Source: Candidatus Sericytochromatia bacterium (lineage in GTDB: Bacteria; Cyanobacteriota; Sericytochromatia; S15B-MN24; VGJW01). Taken from it: a stretch of DNA of 64,000 bases. The notes under the pieces were generated by a model that had not been told where the DNA came from, made no database searches, and saw nothing but the letters and a program-made list of their open reading frames with translations. The position numbers were made by a program, and so were the translations under genes. Shown here in pieces: positions 40,440 to 49,236 of this stretch; the stretch's first letter is position 1; each line of letters opens with the position of its first letter. The stretch lies in the NCBI GenBank assembly GCA_035285865.1, contig JAYKHS010000022.1, positions 64,001 through 128,000 of the forward strand, given 5' to 3'.

Positions 40440-41600
40440 TCAGAAATCCGACTTGCGGAAGCCGCTCAGGCGCTCTGCCTGGCTGACGATGTCCGTGACG
40501 CGAATGCCGAAGTTCTCGTCGATCACGACGACCTCGCCCCGAGCGATCAGCTTACCATTGACCAGCAGGTCGACGGGTTCGCCGGCAAGCTTGTCGAGTT
40601 CGACGACGGAACCGTTGGCGAGGTCGAGGACCTCGCGAATCTGCATCCGGGTACGCCCCAGTTCGACCGTGACCTTGAGCGGCACGTCGAGGATCAGGTC
40701 CAGGCTGGAGGGGCCCTGGGCGCCCAGTTGCCCCTGGGTCAGCGGTGCGAACTGCGCGGGATGGACCGTGGGCGGCTCGCGGGTGGCCGCGGCCGCCGGA
40801 TAGCCCGTCGGCATGCCTTGGGGCATCGGTTGCGGCACGCCCTGAGGCATCGCCTGGCCGCCCTGACCGAGGCCGAACATGGAGGCGAGGTCCTGGGTAT
40901 CTGCATTGGCACGCTGGGCCCCGAGTGGTGCCGCGGGAACGTGCGGGATGGCCGCCGCGATGTTCTGGGTGTCGATGTCTATGGCCCGGGCAGCGGGGGA
41001 CGCACTTTCGTTGGCTGGCCGCAGGCGTTCCGTCATCCGGATCGCGTCCGCGACGGGCAGCAGTTGTTGCAGTTCCGACTGGAACAGGCCCTCCACCTCG
41101 AACGAACTGGTCACCAGCACCCAGGGGCCGCTGCCGAAGTCGGCCGGAAGCGTGAGATCGGCCGGGAAATCCACCACGGTCGTGACCGGCGGGCTGATGT
41201 CGACCTTGGTGCCGTACGCCCCCGTCAGCCCGTTGGCAGCCATGCCCATCATCTGGTTGACGGCCTCGGACATGGCGCTCTGGCGCAGTTCGTCGATCTC
41301 GAAATCCGGCGGGGAGCCCTCCCCTCCCATCATCAGGTCGGTGATGCGGGCCGCATCTTCCTTGACGAAGTAGAAGCAGTTGACGATGGCGCCCTGGATC
41401 TCGAAGTGGATCTCGACGGCGACGGCCGGGCCGGACAGGATGCCGGACAATTCATTGCTCGAGATGATGCGTGCGCGGGGTTGGCGAATCTCGACCTGGC
41501 GGTTCAGCAGGATGGACAGCGTGGAGCCACCTGCACCGAGGGCATTGCCCATGATTTCGACGAGGGCGTCCTGCTGGTCGCGCGACATGGCGTCAGTCAT
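40440..41600 (-). CDS. fliY: Flagellar switch protein FliY (CheC-like + FliN domain)
   Basis: SAMSEAVNQMMG CheC-like site; C-terminal LDLILDVPLKVTVELG...GEVVVIDENFGIR. Confidence 0.92.
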   Translation of the reverse strand: MTDAMSRDQQDALVEIMGNALGAGGSTLSILLNRQVEIRQPRARIISSNELSGILSGPAVAVEIHFEIQGAIVNCFYFVKEDAARITDLMMGGEGSPPDFEIDELRQSAMSEAVNQMMGMAANGLTGAYGTKVDISPPVTTVVDFPADLTLPADFGSGPWVLVTSSFEVEGLFQSELQQLLPVADAIRMTERLRPANESASPAARAIDIDTQNIAAAIPHVPAAPLGAQRANADTQDLASMFGLGQGGQAMPQGVPQPMPQGMPTGYPAAAATREPPTVHPAQFAPLTQGQLGAQGPSSLDLILDVPLKVTVELGRTRMQIREVLDLANGSVVELDKLAGEPVDLLVNGKLIARGEVVVIDENFGIRVTDIVSQAERLSGFRKSDF

Positions 41601-42609
41601 GGGATTCGCCTTCCTCGAGGACGACTTCGGTGATGTGCACGGCCATGTGACTGCGGCACGTGCCCGGGCGGGCCTTGAACTTGGTGCGGTCTCCGACCCT
41701 CACCTCGATGTCGCGGTCGTGCCCCTGTTCGAGCGCCACGACATCTCCTCGCTGGAGTTGCAGCACGTCCTGCACGGACAGGACGGTGGATCCCAGCACG
41801 GCCGTCAGAGGGACCTGGGTCTGGACGACGCGTTCGTTCAGGCGGTGCCGGAACTCGTCGGTCTGGGCCAGCTTCTGGGTCGAGAACATGTATTGCGAGC
41901 CCAGGTTCGCCATGACCTTCTCGAGGACCATGTAGGGCAGGCAGATGCTGACGGGACCTGTGTTCTCTCCCAGCTTGACCTCGAGGGTGACCAGCGCGAC
42001 AGGGTCGGTCGCCGGCACCAACTGGACGAATCGGGGGTTGGTCTCGATGTTCTCGATGACGGGGTCGAACTGAACGAGGCTGACCCACGACTCCTGCATG
42101 GCCGAAAGCGTGCGGTTGGAGATGTTCGTGATGAGCTGACGCTCGATGTCCGTCAGGTCCCGGCGAATGCGGCTGACCTTGCCCGGGCCGCCAAGGAGCC
42201 GATCGATCATGATCGAGGCAAGATCCAGGTTGATCTCCAGCAGCGCCGAACCGACGAGCGGTTTCATCGAGAAGGTCGTCATGATGGTCGGGCCGGGCAG
42301 CGAACGCGAGTACTCGTCGAAGGTCATCTGCTCGACAGACACGACTTCGCAGGTGGCCATGACCCGGAACATGCCGGCCCACAAGGTGGAGACGAGCCTG
42401 GCGAAGCCGTCGTGCAGCATCGACAGGGTACGGATATGGTCCTTGGAGAACTTGCTCTGTCGGCGGAAGTCATACGCCCATACCGCCCTGGCCTTGACGC
42501 CGGCATCTTCGGCATCCGGAGAATCGCCAGGACGATCGGCAGCCACTTCGCCCTTGGCCAGGGCGGCCATGAGGGCGTCGATTTCGTTCTGGCTGAGGAT
42601 GTCTGACAC
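41593..42609 (-). CDS. fliM: Flagellar switch protein FliM
   Basis: ILSQNEIDAL, YDFRRQSKFSKDH, IDRLLGGPG. Confidence 0.96.
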   Translation of the reverse strand: MSDILSQNEIDALMAALAKGEVAADRPGDSPDAEDAGVKARAVWAYDFRRQSKFSKDHIRTLSMLHDGFARLVSTLWAGMFRVMATCEVVSVEQMTFDEYSRSLPGPTIMTTFSMKPLVGSALLEINLDLASIMIDRLLGGPGKVSRIRRDLTDIERQLITNISNRTLSAMQESWVSLVQFDPVIENIETNPRFVQLVPATDPVALVTLEVKLGENTGPVSICLPYMVLEKVMANLGSQYMFSTQKLAQTDEFRHRLNERVVQTQVPLTAVLGSTVLSVQDVLQLQRGDVVALEQGHDRDIEVRVGDRTKFKARPGTCRSHMAVHITEVVLEEGESHD

Positions 42610-42614
42610 GGACG

Positions 42615-43187
42615 CTACTGAACGACGAATTCTCCGAAGTAGACCTCGAGGGTCTCCGGAATTTCTTCGTCATCACGCCGCATCAAGTTGAGGGCCACCT
42701 TCATTTCCGACTTCACGCGATCGGGGTCCTGAAGGGTGATCGTCGTCTGCTTGCGCAGGGTGCGGATGATGGTGTCCCGGAACACCGGCTGATAGGGGGC
42801 CAGGGACTGGATGAAGGGGCTCGGACCCTTGGCCGGCGCGCCGTGACCACCGCCGCCGCCTTCCTCGCCGTGCTCGCCCGGGGGCGGGGCGGGCTTGGAG
42901 AGCCGGAGCGTCACCGTGGTCTTCAGGAAACGGCGCTTGGGGTCGGAGAGGTTGACGATGAAGGGCTCGGTCAGGGTCCAGAGTTCGCTCGACTTGGTGG
43001 CCTCGTGGGTGCCCTTCTCGTGTTCGACGATGGTCCGCTGTTCGACGATGATCTGCTTGGGCAGCGCGAGGCGGATGGCGATGAACGAGCTGACGGACGC
43101 GATGACCGCCACCGCCAGCATGCCCACGATGATCCGCGGGGAGAGGGCGGGATTGGCCGCCTTGGGCTCGCCCTTCTTGGTGGCCAT
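42615..43187 (-). CDS. fliL: Flagellar basal body protein FliL
   Basis: N-terminal TM, FIVNLSD, FRDTII, VYFGEFVVQ. Confidence 0.9.
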   Translation of the reverse strand: MATKKGEPKAANPALSPRIIVGMLAVAVIASVSSFIAIRLALPKQIIVEQRTIVEHEKGTHEATKSSELWTLTEPFIVNLSDPKRRFLKTTVTLRLSKPAPPPGEHGEEGGGGGHGAPAKGPSPFIQSLAPYQPVFRDTIIRTLRKQTTITLQDPDRVKSEMKVALNLMRRDDEEIPETLEVYFGEFVVQ

Positions 43188-43193
43188 GGGGGG

Positions 43194-43958
43194 TCAGTCT
43201 CCGGGAGCAGGCTTCTTGGGTTCCTGCGCCATTGTAGCATCGCTCAGGACGACGATATCCACCCGTCGGTTGCGCGAGCGGTTGGCCGGAGAGTCATTCG
43301 GAGCCTTGGGGTAGGTGTCTCCGTACCCGGCTGCGGAGACGCGCGCCGGGGGCAGGGCACCCGTGCCCACCAGATGGCGCACGACGGCCGTGGCCCTTGC
43401 CGTGGAGAGTTCCCAGTTGCTGGGAAAGCGCGCCGAGTGAATGGGTTTGTCGTCGGTATGGCCCTCGATGCGCAGGCTGTTGCCGGTCTTGGCCGCCAGT
43501 GCCGCGACCTTCCCGAGCATCGCCCGTGTCTTCGGGTCCAGGTCCGCGGATCCGGCATCGAACAGCGCCGAGTCCGCGATCGAGATGACGAGGCCACGCT
43601 TCTCCATGTGGACATCGAAGGAGGCACTGGCCCCCAGCTGTTCGGCCAGTTTTTCGACCTTGTCGGCCATCTCCTCGAACTCGGATTCCTCCTTGGCATA
43701 CATCGGGGCCACGGGCGGAATGACCATGTCGCTCGCCGGAGGCAGGATGGTGTCGTTGCCTCCGCCAGAGGCCGCCACCGGGTTGAAGACGCTCGCCATG
43801 GCATCGGCCATCTTCTTGAACTTGCTGGCGTCGATCGACGACATCGAGAACAGGATGATGAAGTAGATCAGCAGCAGGGTGATGAGGTCGGCATAGGTCA
43901 ACAGCCAACGCTCGTGGTTGGCATGGCTGCCACCCTTGTGGCCCCGCTTCTTGCCCAC
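43194..43958 (-). CDS. motB: Stator protein MotB
   Basis: WLLTYADLITLL, IEGHTD, SNWELSTARA, NRRVDI. Confidence 0.96.
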   Translation of the reverse strand: MGKKRGHKGGSHANHERWLLTYADLITLLLIYFIILFSMSSIDASKFKKMADAMASVFNPVAASGGGNDTILPPASDMVIPPVAPMYAKEESEFEEMADKVEKLAEQLGASASFDVHMEKRGLVISIADSALFDAGSADLDPKTRAMLGKVAALAAKTGNSLRIEGHTDDKPIHSARFPSNWELSTARATAVVRHLVGTGALPPARVSAAGYGDTYPKAPNDSPANRSRNRRVDIVVLSDATMAQEPKKPAPGD

Positions 43959-43962
43959 GGGG

Positions 43963-44745
43963 TCATTCTTCCTTGGTGATGGTGGCGCGAACCGCGGGCG
44001 AGAGATAACCCTTCAGTTTTTCCTCGACGATCTGCGGATTGTCGCCGGCCTGGATGGACAGGATACCTTCGAGCATCAGCTCGCGAACCAGAATTTCCTC
44101 CTCGGATCGCTTCTTGAGTTTGGTGCCCATCGGCAGCCAGAGGAGGTTGGCCGAGAACACGCCGTACAGGGTGGCGATGAAGGCGACCCCGATCGCGGGC
44201 GCGAGGGCCGCGGGGTCCGAATCTCCGCCAAGGCTGCCCAGGATGTGCACCATGCCCATGACCGTGCCGATGATGCCCATGGTCGGCGCGAAGCCGCCTG
44301 CCGCCTCAAACATCGCGATTCCGCCCGCGTGGCGCGTGGCGATGAAGGCCAGCTCCGTTTCGAGCATTTCGCGGACGGTCTTGATGTCGATTCCATCCGA
44401 GACCATCTGCATGCCCTTCTTCAGGAACTCGTCCGGTGCGGCCTGAACGTCGGCCTCGAGGGCCAGAAGGCCGTCCTTGCGGGCCTTTTCCGCGTAGCGG
44501 ATCATCTGCGGGATGATCGTGTGGGGTTCGAGCGGGTTCTTGGAAAAGGTGAAGCCGATGAGTTTGGGAATCGTGAGCACGTCCTTCATCGGGAAGGCGA
44601 TGAAGAGCGTCCCGAAGGTACCCCCGAAGACAATCATGGCGGCTGTCGGGACAACAAGCGCTCCGAGGTGACCACCGTCCAGGACATAGGCAATGATGAT
44701 ACCGCCCCAGCCAAGGACGAGGCCGATCAGCGTCGAAATTTCCAG
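43963..44745 (-). CDS. motA: Stator protein MotA (probable CTG start)
   Basis: ARKDGLLALE, GGFAPTMGIIGTVMG, ATLYGV. Frame is open to CTG-GAA-ATT (xEISTLIG) at 44745, with GGAG 8 nt upstream. Confidence 0.93.
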   Translation of the reverse strand: MEISTLIGLVLGWGGIIIAYVLDGGHLGALVVPTAAMIVFGGTFGTLFIAFPMKDVLTIPKLIGFTFSKNPLEPHTIIPQMIRYAEKARKDGLLALEADVQAAPDEFLKKGMQMVSDGIDIKTVREMLETELAFIATRHAGGIAMFEAAGGFAPTMGIIGTVMGMVHILGSLGGDSDPAALAPAIGVAFIATLYGVFSANLLWLPMGTKLKKRSEEEILVRELMLEGILSIQAGDNPQIVEEKLKGYLSPAVRATITKEE

Positions 44746-44964
44746 CTACTTGTCTCCGGTGTCGCGAGGGCCCAGCCACGAGGGGGACGCACAGGCCCGG
44801 CGGTAAGCGATGATGCGCTCGATCAGCTCGTCCACCGACTCTCTTACCACATATTTGCGATCGGTGGTGAGGGTGACAACGGTGTCCGGCGTTGCTTCCA
44901 AGCTCTCGACCAGATCGGCGTTCACCACGATCACCTGGTCATTCAGACGCGTCATCCGAATCAT
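44746..44964 (-). CDS. flbD: Flagellar FlbD (SwrD) family protein
   Basis: MIRMTRLN..VNADLVESLEATPDTVVTL..YVVRES. Confidence 0.93.
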   Translation of the reverse strand: MIRMTRLNDQVIVVNADLVESLEATPDTVVTLTTDRKYVVRESVDELIERIIAYRRACASPSWLGPRDTGDK

Positions 44965-45272
44965 CGCACTCCGCCTTCTTGCGTGTCCGCGCCGGCCCGC
45001 TGAATCATCACCAACAGCTCCGCGATCACAGGATACAGCGAAGACGGGATGCTTTCGCCCAAATCGAGCTGCGCCAGCGCGGCCACGAGCTGGATGTCCT
45101 GATGTAGCGGGACCCCTGCCGCACGCGCGGCCTCGATGATGCGCTCGGCCACGCTGCCCGTGCCCGTGGCGACCACCACCGGCGCGGCGTCGCGCTCGGG
45201 GTCGTAGCGCAGGGCCACCGCCCGGCGGTTGGGGCCCTGATTCCCGGGCCGTGCTCCATGTTCAGGTACCAT
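44961..45272 (-). CDS. Stand-alone FlhB C-terminal-like (YlqH/FlhX-type) protein
   Basis: RAVALRYD..APVVVATG.G..AERII..LDLGESIP..LYPVIAELL. Confidence 0.88.
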   Translation of the reverse strand: MVPEHGARPGNQGPNRRAVALRYDPERDAAPVVVATGTGSVAERIIEAARAAGVPLHQDIQLVAALAQLDLGESIPSSLYPVIAELLVMIQRAGADTQEGGVR

Positions 45273-46245
45273 GGTCCGTCTCCACGGTCGGCTCCACCGA
45301 CCACGGTGGGCTGATCCAGCCCAGTTCGGCAAGGCGTGCCGACACCTCCGGCACGAGCGCGGCAAGGGCCGTGCGCAGGCCGGGATGAGCAGCCTCGATC
45401 CGGACCGCGAGTCGTCGGCCGACGCCGGCAAGATGGGCACGCACGAGGCCCAGAGCAGGGTGCTCGAGGGCGAGGACCGTTCGCCAGAGACGTTCGCCCG
45501 GATCTTCCCCGCGCGCTTCATCGGGTTCTCGGTCACCGTGCGTCCATCGTCCGGTCCACGATCCCCACGCAATCGGGATGGTCCACGGTGCTGCAGGATC
45601 CACCAGGCGGGCGAAGCCCTGAGGCCAAGCTTCTTCGGCAGGCCACGCATCAGCATCCGCGATGGCGCTGTCCCCCGTGTCGCTTGCCCACGCATCGGTG
45701 TCCAGACGTCTGGCCAACATGGCCGCCCGGGGCGTCAGTCGGGCGACCCAGGCCATCAGGACAAGGCCTGGGTCGTCTTCACCCGCCAGCAGGCTCGTGG
45801 CCGGGGCACCCACCTGCTCCATCCAGGCGCGCAGCCGCGTCGACGGACGGTCCGATGCCTTGTCCGGGGGGCCTAGCGCCAACAGGATCGGCGTCGGGAT
45901 GAGGCCGCGCGCGGCAAGCGCGACTGCCGTCTGCCTCTGTTCGGCGGGAAGGTCCGCCCAGGTACCGGACAGCCGCCGTAACAGGGCCGGGGTGGCCGGC
46001 ATGCCGGCTTCCGCCAGTGCCTTGACGATACTTCGGGTGACCGGAGTTGCCGGGATGTCGGCTGCTTCGAGAGCGCGGTCGGCGCCATCCTGGTCGGTCG
46101 GGGACTCCTGCCGGACGGCAGGGGGTTCGGGGGAAAGTGTCCGCGGGGCCGGGCGACCCGTCCCTTGCGTGGCACCCCCGGTCAAGCCGGATGTCTCCGC
46201 CACGTGGCGGGGACCCTCGACGGGACCGGGGGCAGCCATGCTCAT
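45262..46245 (-). CDS. Hypothetical protein with FliK C-terminal-like domain (YlqG-like)
   Basis: C-terminal TVLALEHPALGLVRAHL..LAVRIEA..LAELGW resembles the Flg_hook domain; precedes the FlhB-C-like gene. Confidence 0.6.
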   Translation of the reverse strand: MSMAAPGPVEGPRHVAETSGLTGGATQGTGRPAPRTLSPEPPAVRQESPTDQDGADRALEAADIPATPVTRSIVKALAEAGMPATPALLRRLSGTWADLPAEQRQTAVALAARGLIPTPILLALGPPDKASDRPSTRLRAWMEQVGAPATSLLAGEDDPGLVLMAWVARLTPRAAMLARRLDTDAWASDTGDSAIADADAWPAEEAWPQGFARLVDPAAPWTIPIAWGSWTGRWTHGDREPDEARGEDPGERLWRTVLALEHPALGLVRAHLAGVGRRLAVRIEAAHPGLRTALAALVPEVSARLAELGWISPPWSVEPTVETDHGT

Positions 46246-46250
46246 CTACG

Positions 46251-48779
46251 TCAGCGCTTGAGGCCCATCAGCTCCTGCAGGACTTCGTCCGAGGTGGTGA
46301 TGATCCGCGAGTTGGCCTGGAAGCCCCTCTGGGAGATGATCAGTTCCGAGAAGGAAGCCGCAAGGTCCACGTTGGACGTCTCGAGGTTGGAGGAGGCCAG
46401 CAGTCCCCGTCCGGATGTGCCGGCCACGCCGATCTGGGCATCGCCCGAAGCGTTTCCGACCGTCCACATGTTGCTGCCCTCGTTGACGAGACCGTTCGGG
46501 TTGTTGAACGAGGCCAGCGCGATCTGGGCCAACTGCCGGATCTGGCCGTTGGTGAAGACGCCCGAGACGTAGCCGTTCGAGTCGATGTTGAAGCCCTGCA
46601 GCGTACCGGTGGCGTAACCGTCCTGGTCGTCGATGATGGCGGTGGAGGCCGTCAGGAACTGTGTCAGTCCCAGCGTGTCCCCGCGCTTGCCGGGGTCGAA
46701 CGAGATCGTGGAGGGCGCCGCGCCAGAGGTGTAGTTGAGCTTCAGCGGCGCCAAGTTGACGTCAACTGGCAAGCCGCCGTTGTCGAACACGATGTAGCCC
46801 AGGTCGATGGGAAACGCACCGATGCCGGCCCCCGGCAGGGTCTTCAGGTCGTTCTTGACCTGCGGATCGACGATGCCGAAGGAGACGCGCCACTTGGACC
46901 GGCCGTCCGCCGTGGCCTGCTGCTCGAGGTCTCGGGTGAACAGGACGTTGCCGGCATGCGAGTTGCCCAGCGAGTCGAAGAAGTTCATCGACATCGTGTA
47001 GGACCCGGCATCCGTCCTGCCCGAGGTCTGAATCGTGTCGTTCAGGTCGTCGTTGCTATTGGGATCGAAGCTCAGGTCACCGAAGTCGAGATGTGCCGTC
47101 ACATCCGGCGTCGCGATGTTCTGGAACTGCAGGCGGACGGGTTCGAGGTCCACCGTCGTGAGCTTGCCCTCGGTGTCGAAGCCGATGCTCCCGAGCTGCT
47201 GTTCGCCTGTCGAGTTGATGAGCTTCTGGTTGTTCTCCGTCGGATCCGGGACATAGGTCACGAGCCAGTTGGCCTCACCCGGGCTGTTGCGCAGCACCAA
47301 CTTGCCCGTGACCACCTGGTTGCCGATCGTGCCGTCCGGCAGCAACGTCTTGGCGTTGGCGATGTCGAAGCGTGTCTCCAGGGGGACAGGTTGACTCGAA
47401 ATGGCGCTTAGGTTTACGGCAAACGTGTCGGTTGCCCCGAGTTTGAGCGCGGAGCCCGTGCTGATGTTCGGGATATTCAGGCTGACGATGGTTGGGGTCA
47501 CGGTGGCCTTGGGCAGCAGCGTGATGTCCTTGAGGGTGATGGGACTGATCGGTTCACCGGTCGTGCCGTCGAAGTTGATCACGCCGAGGTTCTGCTCGTC
47601 GGCGTCGCGAAGCAGATCCTGTCCCCCTGCACCGATGTCCGGGACGTAGGACACGGACCAGGTGCCGCTGCCCTGCGTGTTGCGGAGCACCAGTTTGCCG
47701 TTGACGTTGGTGCCGTTGGCCGTGGGAATGACGAGTGGCTGCTCCAGGGTCTTGGGGCTCCCCGACGCAGGCACGAGATTGCCCGAAAGCGCGAGCGTGG
47801 CCTTCGTCGAGGCGGGTTTCAGGTTCCCGGAGATGAGTCCGGCAACGCCATCGAACCCGAGACGCGACCGGGGGACCTCCGCGCTCATTTGCAGCTGGCT
47901 GGGAATGACCTGGGACTCGAGGGCGTTGGCGCCGCTCTCCTGCGTGAAGGCGAGGCGAATTGCACCGAGCGTGTTGCTCGTCAGACGACCCGAGGTGTCG
48001 AAGGTGAGCGTGCCCAGGCCCTGTTCATTGGGATTAGTCAGCTGGTCGGCGTCCTTGTCGCCCGCGCGCGGTCGGTAGCTGACCTGCCACGTCAGCGAAC
48101 CCGGATCATTGGTGAGGGTTATCGTGCCGTGGATGACCTGATTCTTCGAGTTCAGGATGTTGTGCTGGATCACGACCTTGCCGGCGATGGCCGCGTCCTT
48201 CGGCGTGGCCTTCAGGACGCCGGTGATCATCGTGTCGACGCTGTCGGAGCGCAGGTTGCCCTTGAGCCGCACCGAGCCCGTCGCCTTCGGCTGCAGGTTC
48301 TGACCGCGCGCAACCCGGATCGGGGCCGGTTCCGCCGTCGTGTCGATGATGCCGTTGGCCGACGTCCATCCCATGACCTTGAGACCGTTCGCAGGGCGGA
48401 TGAAGCTGCCCGTCTTGTCGAAGTCGAAGCTTCCGTCGCGGGTGTAGAAGTTGCGGTTGCCGTCGCTTACGACGAAGAATCCCTCGCCCTGGATGGCGAG
48501 GTCGGTGCTCTTGCCGGTGCCCTGCAGAGCGCCCTGGGTGTGGATCGTCGTGATGGACCCGACGCCCACGCCCAGACCGACCTGCTGCGGGTTGGTGCCG
48601 GCCCTGCCGCCCTCGCCCGACGTACCGACGGACAAGGTCTGGTTCAGCAGATTCTGGAACTCGACGCGCTGGCTCTTGAAGCCGACGGTATTCACGTTGG
48701 CAATGTTGTTGCCGATGACGTCGATCTTGAGTTGGTGGTTGCGCAGTCCGGACACGCCGGAATCCAGCGAACGAAGCAT
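46251..48779 (-). CDS. flgE: Flagellar hook protein FlgE (long, 842 aa)
   Basis: DVIGNNIANVNTVGFK, TDLAIQGEGFF, YTRDGSF, LETSNVDLA..QRGFQANSRIITTSDE. Confidence 0.96.
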   Translation of the reverse strand: MLRSLDSGVSGLRNHQLKIDVIGNNIANVNTVGFKSQRVEFQNLLNQTLSVGTSGEGGRAGTNPQQVGLGVGVGSITTIHTQGALQGTGKSTDLAIQGEGFFVVSDGNRNFYTRDGSFDFDKTGSFIRPANGLKVMGWTSANGIIDTTAEPAPIRVARGQNLQPKATGSVRLKGNLRSDSVDTMITGVLKATPKDAAIAGKVVIQHNILNSKNQVIHGTITLTNDPGSLTWQVSYRPRAGDKDADQLTNPNEQGLGTLTFDTSGRLTSNTLGAIRLAFTQESGANALESQVIPSQLQMSAEVPRSRLGFDGVAGLISGNLKPASTKATLALSGNLVPASGSPKTLEQPLVIPTANGTNVNGKLVLRNTQGSGTWSVSYVPDIGAGGQDLLRDADEQNLGVINFDGTTGEPISPITLKDITLLPKATVTPTIVSLNIPNISTGSALKLGATDTFAVNLSAISSQPVPLETRFDIANAKTLLPDGTIGNQVVTGKLVLRNSPGEANWLVTYVPDPTENNQKLINSTGEQQLGSIGFDTEGKLTTVDLEPVRLQFQNIATPDVTAHLDFGDLSFDPNSNDDLNDTIQTSGRTDAGSYTMSMNFFDSLGNSHAGNVLFTRDLEQQATADGRSKWRVSFGIVDPQVKNDLKTLPGAGIGAFPIDLGYIVFDNGGLPVDVNLAPLKLNYTSGAAPSTISFDPGKRGDTLGLTQFLTASTAIIDDQDGYATGTLQGFNIDSNGYVSGVFTNGQIRQLAQIALASFNNPNGLVNEGSNMWTVGNASGDAQIGVAGTSGRGLLASSNLETSNVDLAASFSELIISQRGFQANSRIITTSDEVLQELMGLKR

Positions 48780-48798
48780 GGGACCTCCTCTTGGGGTT

Positions 48799-48847
48799 GC
48801 CGGGAAACATCGGTCCCGGCGATGGGCCTCCCCGAGGGGTCCGGCCC
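48799..48847 (-). promoter_or_regulatory. Two-hairpin structured element upstream of the flgE RBS
   Basis: mRNA gggcc-GGA-cccc-uc-gggg-A-ggccc, then gccggga-loop-ucccggc. Confidence 0.45.
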
Positions 48848-48861
48848 GAGGGTTGGGGAAA

Positions 48862-49236
48862 TCAGGCGATGACGGCGGAATCGATGTTCGTGAACACGTT
48901 GTCCTTAAGGCTCTGGTGGTCGACGGCGGTGATGACGGTCCGGTTGCGGACGGATACGACGAGGGCGACGTCGTCCATCAGGACGAGCGATTCACGGGCA
49001 CCCTTGCCGGCGGCTTTCTGGACCAATTGATCCAGCTGGTGTTGGCGCTCCTCGTTCCATGCGATGTTGCGGGCCTTCAGGCGCGCTTCGGCGTGGCTCG
49101 AAAGCTTCACGGGCTGTGCCTTGGCCCTGTCGCCGAGGACTTCGGCGAAGCTCGGGCCCGAGCGGGGGCCGACGGCCGGTGTCGGAAGCGCCTGCGCGGC
49201 TCCCAGGGGACCGACGGGTTCGGGAAGACCGATCAC
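48862..49236 (-). CDS. TIGR02530-family flagellar operon protein
   Basis: KLSSHAEARL..KGARESLVL..VVSVRNRTVITA..NVFTNIDSAVI. Confidence 0.9.
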   Translation of the reverse strand: MIGLPEPVGPLGAAQALPTPAVGPRSGPSFAEVLGDRAKAQPVKLSSHAEARLKARNIAWNEERQHQLDQLVQKAAGKGARESLVLMDDVALVVSVRNRTVITAVDHQSLKDNVFTNIDSAVIA

